Positions 1 through 10,803 of a stretch of 64,000 bases of DNA are shown here, piece by piece (positions within the stretch are counted from its first letter, which is position 1; every line of letters begins with the position of its first letter). The notes under the pieces are model-generated. The model made no database searches and was not told the origin of the DNA. It was given only the letters and a program-made list of their open reading frames with translations. Source of the stretch: Piromyces finnis finn (taxonomy: Eukaryota; Fungi; Neocallimastigomycota); assembly GCA_002104945.1 (NCBI GenBank), contig MCFH01000008.1:744001-808000 (forward strand), read 5' to 3'. Position numbers and translations under genes: made by a program.

Positions 1-206
1 CTGATTACTTAATTGATAAATTATAGGAAATTTCTAAGCAAATCAATATATATCATTAATTAATAAAATTATTATTTAATTTTTGGTATCATTAAAAAAA
101 ATATTCAAACATTTAATTTAATATTAATCTTTTAATAATATTATTATAATCTCTTAAGAGTTCAAATTATATAATTTGAATCTTGCAATATATAAATAAT
201 TTGTTA

Positions 207-227
207 ATTTTTTTTTTTTTTATTATA

Positions 228-281
<54 letters not shown>

Positions 282-282
282 T
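207..282. repeat. Compound poly-T / poly-A / (AT)n microsatellite
   Basis: Read directly from the sequence. Confidence 0.85.
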
Positions 283-509
283 AATAAATTTATTATTTTG
301 TTTATTATTATATATTATTACATATTTAATATTAATATTATAATTTATTATACTATATTTATAATAAATATAATTATAGTTGATGATTTTTTAAATTTTT
401 CTTTAACTTTATTTTTATATTTTTTTTCTACAGTTTATTCAATATAATAATTTTATTCATCTTTTTTATTCTTTTTTTTATTTTAGTTTAGCATATAACT
501 TCAGTAATT

Positions 510-2168
510 ATGAAAAAAAATATATTATATATTATATTTTTATTAATAAAAGCAAAAAAGATTTTTCCAAAATGCTGGTCAGAAAAATTAGGTTTCAAGT
601 GTTGTAGAATTGATATACAACCGATATTCTCTGATTATGAAGGGATTTGGGGAGTTGAAGATGATCAATGGTGTGGTATAATAAATAGCCCATCTAAGAC
701 TGATAATTGTTTAAATAATAATTGTTGTACAAAGACAGATACTCATGTTTCATTTATTGATGATGAAAAATCTTTATGGGGTATTGAATCAGGATCATGG
801 TGTAAAATAAATATCAATAACAATAATAATTCTGATAATTGTTGGAGTTCAAAATACGGCTATGGATGCTGTTTCAATGATAATGATGATGTTATATATA
901 GAGATGAAAAAGGATCTTGGGGAATTGAAAATAATCAATGGTGTGGTTTAACAAGTTATAAAAGTACAATCAACGTTGAAAATCTTCCAAATTTTCCTAA
1001 AAAAATTTTAGATCCAGAGACATATAAAGATCCAGCAAAAGATTGTAATATCACAGACTCAATTACAGGTGATTCATTAAAACAATATACTCCATTTAGA
1101 ATTGGGGTAGGCATTAATGGTGTGTCCAAAGAGACATCTGGAATTCTTTCAAAAAAAATGGATGATATAATTTTATACCAATTTAATAGTATTACATTAA
1201 CAAATTTATTAAAACCACAATATATATTAAGTCAAAGTATAACCCAAGGAAATCTTCAAAGAGGATCTGATGAACCAGGATTAGATTTTAGTGCTGCAAT
1301 TGATACATTAGAATTTTGTAAAAAGCATAATTTAAAAATGAGAGGTCATACATTAGTTTGGCATACTCAAACCCCATTATGGTTTTTTAAAGAAAAATAT
1401 AATGCTAACAATAAATATGTTACAAAAGAAGTGATGGAATTTCGAATGGAAAGTTATATACGACAAGTTATGCAATTTATACAATATTATTATCCAGGTA
1501 TTGTTGATGTTTGGGATGTTGTTAATGAAGCTGTTGAAATTGACGAAGGAAAATATGATATAAATTCAACATGGAAAACTCGTACCAAGTACGGTAATAA
1601 TGAACCTAATCCATGGTATGATACCATGGGACAGGATTATGTTATAACTGCGTTTAGAATTGCACGTAAATATGCAATGCCAGGAGTTAAATTAGTTTAT
1701 AACGATTATAATACTTTTATGAGTGAAAAAGCCAAAGCTATTTATACTTTATTAGAAATCTTAAAAAAGGAAGATTTAATAGATGGTATTGGATTGCAAT
1801 CTTATCTTGGCCCAAGTTGGCCCAACCGTACAGGTTATTCTGACGCAATAAAAAAATTTTCAGCTTTAAATTTAGAAATTCAAATTACAGAATTAACAAT
1901 TTCTATTAATACAGAAGTAGAAGAAGAAGATATGCTTATACAACAAGCTGATCAATATAAAGAAGTATTTAATATATATTTAAATTTATATCACACTGGT
2001 ATTAATATTGGAAGTGTAACTGTATTTGGTTTACAAGACGGTTTTAGATTTTATGAAAGCGATTCAACAAAAACTCGTTTATGGGATCATGATCTAATTA
2101 AAAAGAAAGCTTATTATTCTATTCTAGAAGTATTAAAAACATACTACAATAAATATAATAACGTATAA
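510..2168 (+). CDS. Secreted GH10 endo-xylanase-like enzyme with three N-terminal fungal dockerin (NCDD/CBM10-like) domains; intronless
   Basis: 552-aa ORF. Hydrophobic N-terminus, three CW..GY.CC...D..G.WG.E...WCG-type repeats (the second is degenerate), then GH10 motifs RGHTLVWH, WDVVNE (acid/base), YNDYN and QITEL (nucleophile). Confidence 0.93.
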   Translation: MKKNILYIIFLLIKAKKIFPKCWSEKLGFKCCRIDIQPIFSDYEGIWGVEDDQWCGIINSPSKTDNCLNNNCCTKTDTHVSFIDDEKSLWGIESGSWCKININNNNNSDNCWSSKYGYGCCFNDNDDVIYRDEKGSWGIENNQWCGLTSYKSTINVENLPNFPKKILDPETYKDPAKDCNITDSITGDSLKQYTPFRIGVGINGVSKETSGILSKKMDDIILYQFNSITLTNLLKPQYILSQSITQGNLQRGSDEPGLDFSAAIDTLEFCKKHNLKMRGHTLVWHTQTPLWFFKEKYNANNKYVTKEVMEFRMESYIRQVMQFIQYYYPGIVDVWDVVNEAVEIDEGKYDINSTWKTRTKYGNNEPNPWYDTMGQDYVITAFRIARKYAMPGVKLVYNDYNTFMSEKAKAIYTLLEILKKEDLIDGIGLQSYLGPSWPNRTGYSDAIKKFSALNLEIQITELTISINTEVEEEDMLIQQADQYKEVFNIYLNLYHTGINIGSVTVFGLQDGFRFYESDSTKTRLWDHDLIKKKAYYSILEVLKTYYNKYNNV

Positions 2169-2827
2169 TAAATAAGGCCATGTATCAGTTATAAAAGTTT
2201 GCTTTTGAAATAATATTATAATAATAAAAATGTTCATCATAATTAAATATAAAATAAATATATAATTTAATATTATAAATCCTTTTATCTTTTTTTTTTT
2301 TTAAAAAAAACAATAAATCAAAAATATACTTTTCAATAAATATTTATTATTAATATTAAAAAATTAATTAATATTAATTTATTCTTTTTAAAAGATAAAA
2401 GAAAAATTTTTATATTTATTATTCTTAATATATTATAATTGCAAATATTATTCATTTTTTTTTTTATATTACAAAAAATAAAATTATTTTAAATTTTAAT
2501 TTTACAAATTAAAATTTTTAATAATTAATTTAAAATATTTAATTAAAATCTAAATTTTTATAAAACACTTTCATTTTAGTCTTTCTTTCTTTTTTTTTTA
2601 TCTTTATAAATTTTATTATATTCTATTTTTATAACATAAATATTATTCAGAAAGGGAAAAAGCTATTTAATTACTTTTATTATATTTAAAAAAAAATAAT
2701 TACACAAATTAAATGATATTTCCATAAAATTATTTATAACTATTAAAGGAATTTAAAAGTATAAAGTCAAAGTTAGAAATCATATTATTAGTTGTTTCAA
2801 TATTGATATATATTCATAATTAAAGAA

Positions 2828-5374
2828 ATGAAATTTAAAAATATTGTTCTTATCGTAGCATTTCAATTTTTAAGCATTAGTGTATTATTTTCTAATGCAG
2901 AACATGTTAATAATAATCAGTCAATAAAAAATCCAGAGAGTGAATTTAAAGAAAATAAAAAAGATTTAGGATACTGTTGTGTAAGTTTATATATTACTTT
3001 TTGATAAAAATATAAATATATATATTTTTTAATTTTAAACAAATTGAATAATAATATTAATGATATCAAATACTTCACATAGTTTCATGGAACTATTTCT
3101 GATTCTTGTTGTAAATATGAATCAGTTGAAGCTATGAATAAAGAACTTTCTTCAACATTAAATGAATTGGTTCAAACTACTTTCTTCCGTTATTATAAGG
3201 TATTTAAAATGTTAATGATAATAGTAATTAAAAAAAAGTAAAAATAATATATCAGTATATATTATATAAGGTTAATGGGTTTATATTCTATTATTTGGAA
3301 TATTAATATTTAAATAGGTTGATTTATGGAAGGAATGTCCATTTTGGCCAGACGCTGGTTTATTATGTACAAGTGAACGTTGCTCTGTTCCATCTGTTGA
3401 TGATGTAAAAATTAGTTAATATACTTATTATTAAAATATTTCTGAGAAAGTATATATATATACTTATAGAGTAAAAATTTTTATTTGTTTTATTTTTGAA
3501 TTTATTATTTAATAATAAAAATGATTAATGTAATAATTAAAAAAGGAAAAAATTCCTAAAGAATGGAAAGTAGAAAATCTTAGTAAAGTGGAAAAGAATT
3601 CAATATTTAGCGATTTATCTATGATTAATAATTGTGACTATAACTCAAAGGACTTTTGTATATTTGATGATGAATCAAGTGGTATGTAGTTTAAAAATAT
3701 TTACATATATTAAAAAAAATATATATATAATTTATTATTAATATTCTTATAATATGGGGTTTAAATATAGGTTTAAGATATGTAGATTTACCAACAAATC
3801 CAGAACGCTTTACAGGTTATCAAGGTGAACCTGCTAATCGTGTATGGGCTTCAATTTATTCAGAAAATTGTTTTGGTGTTCCAAATAATAACAAAGAAGC
3901 TATATCATGCTCAGAAAAACGTGTATTCTTTAAATTAATTTCAGGTAATAAATTTTAATGATTAATTATTAAGTTTCAATTTGGAAAAAAAAATTAATAT
4001 GTTTTTTTTTTATTATATTAACCTTTAATTAATGAAGGTCTTCACACATCAATTAATGCTAATGTTTGTCATGACTGGCTTGATGTTAAAACCGGACTTT
4101 GGGTATAATTTTTAAATATATATATATGTATATATACTTTTCACATATTTAAATAATGATATATTTTTTATATATATAAAAAATTTTTATAACCTTTTCT
4201 AAAGAAACCAAATCTTGATTGCTTTATATGGAAAATTGGTAAATTCCCAGATCGTATTGAAAATATATATTTGAATTATGCTATCTTTATTAGAGCTATC
4301 AGTAAATTATCAACATATTTGGATAATTATCATTACTGTAATGGAAGTGAGCAAGAAGATCTAGAAGTAACTGTAAGTTATTCTTATTATTTTTATAAAC
4401 AAATTTTATTTAAATAATGATGTAAATTTAATAATAAAAATTATTTAATATATATTTTTATATAAAGAAATTAATGAAAAAAGTTACTAGTATTACAAAT
4501 CAATACCCACCAACATTTGATGAGTCTCAATTTTTCAGTTCACCTGAAACTAAAGTATAATAAATTTATATAAAAATATAAAAATAAAAATATATTCTTA
4601 ATAGATTTAAATTTATAATAAATAGGATTTAATTGATGATATAAGATTCCAATTTAGAAATGTATCTCGTATTATGGACTGTGTTTCATGTGAAAAATGT
4701 CGTTTATGGGGAAAAATACAAATTACAGGATTAGGAACTGCTTTAAAGATTTTATTCTCATTGGATGGGTAAATTATAAAATTTAAAAAAAAAGTATATT
4801 TAAATAATTATAATTATGCTAATTTGAATTATTTATATATATTAAATATATTAAAATTATAAAAAGTGAGCTTGAAAACATTTCTCTCAAAAGAACTGAA
4901 GTTGTTTCATTAATTAACGCTTTTGCTAAACTTTCTAGTAGTTTAAACATTATCGATGAATTTAGAGAAATGTGGAAGAAACATGATGAAGAAAAAGCCA
5001 AAGGAAAGATTAGAGTTACTATTGAAAATTCTATAAATAATATAACAGAAAAGATAAAATTTAGAGATTACAAGAACAAAGCTATTAATATTGCTTCAAA
5101 TAAATATGACTTCCTCTTAACAAAAATTCAAAAAGTATTAATAGATCAAAATATAATGGATGATTCTGATTTTGAAGACAGAAATAGAATTATTTTAATG
5201 ATTTCGGGTGCTGGTTTTACTATTCTTATCGGTATTTTACTTGTTATAAAACTTTTATTCAATATTATTTACTACAAATTTATTCATCAACACCATCATC
5301 ATCATAATTCACATGTTCATCATCATAAACATATTCATCATACAAAGAAAAATAACATCAAGAAGGAAAATTAA
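2828..5374 (+). CDS. ERO1: ER oxidoreductin Ero1, 10 exons, with a C-terminal TM helix and His-rich tail
   Basis: Spliced by eye with GT-AG introns (exon 1 2828-2980, exon 2 3083-3199, exon 3 3318-3404, etc.). Signal peptide; [16 protein letters not shown]; shuttle CTSERC (C-x4-C); [12 protein letters not shown]; [12 protein letters not shown]; [19 protein letters not shown]; [17 protein letters not shown] (CxxCxxC). The 4970-5374 ORF is part of the last exon. Confidence 0.94.
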
Positions 5375-6461
5375 TTATATATATATAATATATAATCAAA
5401 AAACAAATACAAAATTATTTAAATTGTAAAATATATTTTTTAGTAGGTCTATTTATATATATACTAATGTATTATAATTAAAAAAAAAACAATTATATCC
5501 CGAAAATTTTTTATTTATTTTAAAAAATAAAGCAAAATAAAATAAAAAAAAAAGAGATTTTCAAATGAATTTTATTTTAATTTTTATTTTTATTAATAAT
5601 AACATTATTATTACCTGAGTTTTATAATTATTAACTACAACATTAAATATAATGAAAAATATTTAATGTTATAGTTAATAATTTTTTCTTTTATAAATTT
5701 ATATTAAATTTATAAAAGAAAAAAAAAAGATTAGACACAAATGAATATAAAGTGTATGTTATGTATTTTTAATTAAAGACCAATAAACTTGAGTATGATT
5801 GTATTTTGTTAAACAAGTAAATAAAATTATGATCTTTATTAATAAGAAATCTAACCATTAGTTGATTTTCCTCTCTATTATTCCATTATTGATTATTGAC
5901 TTTTTGGTTGTTATTTTAAACCTTTTGATCATTTACTATTGTTGGCTAATACCAAAAGATATGGTTTTTGCTAGAAGTTTTGTATTTTCTTTCAAAAATG
6001 GAAATTAATCATAAATAGTCTGTTTAATTTGATACCAGCAAAAGCTTTTCTATTCTCAAGTGGTTATTATTAAATCTTCTTTAAGAAATTTAAAATTTCT
6101 TATAAATTCAAAAATTATACACATTAATATTAATATTCATAGAATTATTTTTATTACTATTAACAACTAAAGTAATTATTAATGAAAATATATAAATATA
6201 TGTAATTTAATCTATAATCTTATATATAAAATCATTATAATATAATTTAATGAAGTACAAAATACTATATTTATGAAATAGTGAAAATGATAAAATCTAA
6301 AATTTGGATAATAAATATTTAATACTCAACGAAAAAACTTTATAGTATTCACATTATTAACACAAAAGTGAAAAAAAAATTTTTTTAATTAAATTTCTTT
6401 TATTTTTTTTATACAAAAAGTTTTTCTTGCTTTTTTTTTTATTTATTACATTGAATACATA

Positions 6462-7994
6462 TTATGATTTTAAAGCATTAATAATAGCACTGTAAACAGG
6501 CTTCTTTTGAAGGTTATGATCCCATAAACGAGTATCAGTACTATCACTATTATAGAATAAATAACCATCTTGTAAGCCGAAAACAGTAACACTGGTAATA
6601 TTAACACCACTTTTCTTTAAGTCTTTATATATTTTGAAAACTTGTTGGTAGTGAGTTGCTTGATTATTAAATTTATTACCAGAACCATCAGTTTTAATAG
6701 TTAATTCAGTAATTTGGATGTCAACGCCAAGAGAACTGAACTTTTGAATAGCACTCTTATAATCGTTACGGTTTGGCCAGTCAGCATTTAAGTAAGATTG
6801 AAGACCTACCGCATCAATTAAGTTTTCAGCTTTTAATAATTTTACAAGGTTACAGATAGCATTAGTTTTTTGTGACATAAAAGTATTGTAATCATTATAA
6901 ACAAGTTTAACGTCTTTATCAGCGTATTTACGAGCAATACGGAAAGCTTTAATGACATAATCTGGGCCCATAGTTTGATACCATGGATTTGGACTGTTAT
7001 TGTATCTTGTACGAGTATTCCATCCAGTGGAAGAATCATAACTACCATTATCAATTTCTACAGCTTCGTTAACAACATCCCATACATCAACAACACCTGG
7101 ATAATGACATTGAACAAATTGCAATACTTGCTTAATATAGCTTTCCATACGTTGTTCCATTTTTGATGAATTAACATAAGAACCACTATCTTGAAAATTT
7201 GTACGGAAGAACCAATCTGGTGTTTGAACATGCCAAACTAAGGTATGACCTCTCATATGAATATTATTTTGTTTACAAAATTCTAAACCATCAATAATGG
7301 TATCAAACTTTAAAACAGGCATATCATTACCATTTTTTGCATTAGTTTGTGATGCACTTTTATCTAACATATGTTCAGCTTTCATAAGATTGGAGTATGT
7401 AACAGAATTAAATTGATAAGCAATAAGCTCTCTCATTTTTTTAGAGTTAACAGTTGAAGTACTTTTATCACCACCATTTAATCCAACACCCATACGGAAT
7501 GGAGCAACTTTAGCTAAAGAATCTCCAGAAATAGAATCAGAAATGTTACAATTTTTGGCTGGATCATTGTATGAATCAACATCAATAAGTGATGGTTTAT
7601 TTGGAACATTAGCACATGTAGCAGCGGCAGAAGATTGTGATTGTGTAACAGTAGTTCTAGTGGTAGTAGTAGTTCTTGCAGCATTATTAATTATACCACA
7701 CCAGTTATTGTTTTCGATACCCCACTTACCATCACTATCTTCATAAATTACTTCATTAGTATTAGTACAACATGGATAACCTAGGCTTGATGACCAACAT
7801 GTATTACTTGAATTATTATTTTGAATGCCACACCAGTCATTATTTTCTACACCCCACTTACCATCACTATCCTCTAAAATAACATCATTAGTAAAACTAC
7901 AACATCTGTATCCTAATCTTTCAGACCAGCAAGCAGCATTAACTTTGGCTGTAAAAACAACACCAATAATTGATAGTAGAGAAAAATATTTCAT
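6462..7994 (-). CDS. Secreted GH10 endo-xylanase-like enzyme with two dockerin domains and a Thr/Ser linker; intronless paralog of 510-2168
   Basis: 510-aa ORF. Signal peptide, two dockerin repeats, RTTTTTRTTVTQSQSS linker, and GH10 motifs RGHTLVWH, WDVVNE, YNDYN, QITEL. Confidence 0.95.
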   Translation of the reverse strand: MKYFSLLSIIGVVFTAKVNAACWSERLGYRCCSFTNDVILEDSDGKWGVENNDWCGIQNNNSSNTCWSSSLGYPCCTNTNEVIYEDSDGKWGIENNNWCGIINNAARTTTTTRTTVTQSQSSAAATCANVPNKPSLIDVDSYNDPAKNCNISDSISGDSLAKVAPFRMGVGLNGGDKSTSTVNSKKMRELIAYQFNSVTYSNLMKAEHMLDKSASQTNAKNGNDMPVLKFDTIIDGLEFCKQNNIHMRGHTLVWHVQTPDWFFRTNFQDSGSYVNSSKMEQRMESYIKQVLQFVQCHYPGVVDVWDVVNEAVEIDNGSYDSSTGWNTRTRYNNSPNPWYQTMGPDYVIKAFRIARKYADKDVKLVYNDYNTFMSQKTNAICNLVKLLKAENLIDAVGLQSYLNADWPNRNDYKSAIQKFSSLGVDIQITELTIKTDGSGNKFNNQATHYQQVFKIYKDLKKSGVNITSVTVFGLQDGYLFYNSDSTDTRLWDHNLQKKPVYSAIINALKS

Positions 7995-9347
7995 TTTTAT
8001 TTTATTATTACACTATAAAATATTTGATATGACGTTTTTAATAAATGATAATTTATACAGTAGATAATATTTTTTTGTTGATTTTTACAATATAAAGTTT
8101 TCTTATTACTATAAATAGAGTAATTTATTTACAATAATTTCAATTATATATATTTAAAATTGAAAAAATTAAAAAATTTTTATTTTAATAATAAAAAAAA
8201 AACATTAATTTTTGTAGAAAAGATGTATTGTTTAAATAGTATTTTTTTTTTTATTTTAAATTTTGAATAGAAATTATAGTTTCAAACTTTATTTCATATA
8301 AATTAGCCATAATAATAATAATACTTTAAATTATTAATTTATTTCATTATATTTTGATATTTAATTCTGAATCATTTTTAAATTTTAATTTATGTTTAAC
8401 AAATTAATAACCTTAAACCTTATTAGAATTTATTATTTTATAATTGAAAATAATTGAAAATATATTATATTTTGGTAAAGAAATTAAATAGTTTTGAATA
8501 AAATTAAATGCTATTACTATATTAATTATTTTGATTAAGAATTATAATTTATTGTGACATTATTTTATGACCACCTTATTATAAATATGAATATATGAAT
8601 ATCTAGTATTGTAAATGATAATAAATGACTAAAAATTATATAATAGCTATTATAATATTAACTTAAATAAATTTAATTGAATAAAATTTTTAATTCTTTT
8701 AATTATTTGGAGACTTATCTAGTGATACAATTGTTTTATTTCAAGTTCTAAAAATTTTATTAATAAATAAGCTTTCTGAATTGATGATATGAAATAAATT
8801 TTGAATATATGTTTTAAAATATATTAAAACTTAATATTTATTAATGAATATTGTTTTCCAATAATAATACTTTTCCATTTCATTCATTTTATAATATATA
8901 CTATATATGGAAAAAAAACCCCATTATATATAATACCTAAATAGTTATTTTTTAATGTAATTGTAATTTTATAATGAAATGACTCTATCAAATCATGGTC
9001 TACATTTAATTAAAAAATTTGTAGTGATATGAAATATAAGCTCTAATATAAATATTTATTTTTGATTTTGAATAAATAAATATATAAACAAGTAAAGTTT
9101 AATAATTTAAATCTGTTATTATATATTTAATATAGGAAATTCATTTTATTAAGAGTTATTAGAAATATTTATTTCCAATTATATTATTGTAAATAAAAAC
9201 TAATTAGTAATATTATGAATGATAATGTAATTTATAATTATTAAATTAATATTAATATAAATATTTTGTTATGATAAACTTGTTTAGAATATAGTGAGCC
9301 TTTTTTTTTTTTATAAATTTCTACTCTTTATTTCTTATATATATATT

Positions 9348-9359
9348 TTATTATTTTTT

Positions 9360-9400
<41 letters not shown>

Positions 9401-9627
9401 TTCCGAGTGCATTTCTCCCATCGATCAGAGTTAGCTCCAATGGTGGTTCTTAGAGAAACGTTGGCTCATTCCTATTGCTAGGTGGTTGTGACCCTCCTGG
9501 TCTGTCATACTGTTTCTTCAGCTTCGACGCTCACTTAATCCATGTACATTAGATGCATGTCGTTGTACGATATTTCACAACTACAATGCTAAGCCTCTTA
9601 TAGTCAATTTGATTATTATTTTTTAAT
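9348..9627 (-). mobile_element. Short retroposed element (SINE or 5'-truncated LINE) with poly(A) tail and 15-bp target-site duplication
   Basis: A GC-richer ~215-bp body (9398-9612) lies next to a 36-nt T run (9362-9397; poly(A) on the minus strand). It is flanked by the identical 15-mer TTATTATTTTTTAAT at 9348-9362 and 9613-9627. Confidence 0.68.
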
Positions 9628-10803
9628 CGGATAATTATTTTATTTGCTATTAGAAAAAAAGAGTCAAAAATAATTTTCATAAATAAATTTATATATATTA
9701 AAATTATATATATTATAAAATAAAATATTCCGCACAAATTAAAAATATTATCCCTAATTACAAGTTATTTATAAATTATAAAATAAACTTTTTTTCCCAT
9801 TTCCCCCAATTTAATAAATTACTATATATAATTTAATAATCAAGGTAATACAATTTATTTGACCCTTTTTTTTATTTCATCATCAACGCATATTATTTGA
9901 GCAGATCAGTTATATATAATCATATTCTAATATTTCACAGTTCCATCAATAAAATACCTTAATTTAACATGATAATTGTATAGAAATAATTTTTAAACTT
10001 AAAGTTCTAACTACATATATTAAAAAAACCTAACAAGAAAAATTAAAAGATAGAAAAGTACTGAGAATAATTTAAAAAAGTTAACTAATATATATGTTTT
10101 CATTTTTTTATTGTTATGAATTATTAAATAATATATAAATTGAGAAAAAAATGATATATTGTATTTTTTATTAAATGATTACATTCTCTTTCATTATTAT
10201 TATTATTATTACATATAATAAAATGTAATTATTATTTATACCTTCTTTAAAAATCTTTAAAAAGAAATAAATAATAAGTAGTTAATCTTCTTCTATTAAT
10301 ATATAATTAATATATAATTAATGAATAACATATACATAATTTAACTATTAGTAATTTAAGATGATTTATACTTTATCTTAGATTTTGGAAGGATTTAGCC
10401 AGGGTTTCTAGCTAGAGGAAATTTGACCTCTGGCAGGATTTTAACCAGACAAAAATTAAAACAATTATATATTTTCAGCAATTAAATCATTACATTTAAC
10501 ATTTTTTATAATATTAATTTTTTTGTACATACTTTGATACATTCTTGTCCTTCAATCTTAAATTTTTAATTTTTCTTTTACCTCGCCATCAAAAGTTATC
10601 AATTCTATTAGATATATATTAGATATAATTATATTTCTTTTTTTTTTTTTTTTTTTTTTTATATATTTCAAAAAAAAAAAAAAAAAGTATATAATTATTG
10701 TATCAACATAAATATTAATAATTATATATTTAAAAAACATTATTGTTTCTATTCATTTATTAAAAATTATTCAATTATTATGGATAATAATAATAATAAT
10801 AAA

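Noticed and set aside
5760-6110. Slightly more complex stretch between ERO1 and the second GH10, possibly a decayed transposon ORF
   Set aside because: All frames are broken and I found no convincing RT or transposase motif.
4819-8067. Short antisense or overlapping ORFs of 60-80 aa (e.g. 4819-5001, 6842-7054, 7543-7746, 7825-8067)
   Set aside because: They are shadow frames of real genes with no independent motifs. The same holds for similar short ORFs throughout the window.
9398-9420. ATGCACTCGGA resembles the U1 snRNA loop II
   Set aside because: There is no U1 5' end (ATACTTACCTGG) and no downstream Sm site.
9430-9580. Possible hammerhead ribozyme (CTGAAGA and GAAA on the minus strand) in the retroposon
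   Set aside because: Stem II does not pair and the cleavage triplet would be AUG rather than NUH.
9841-9990. Stop-riddled minus-strand frame containing YFIDGT (MULE-transposase-like)
   Set aside because: One short motif with several stops and no TIRs. It is unsupported without an HMM search.
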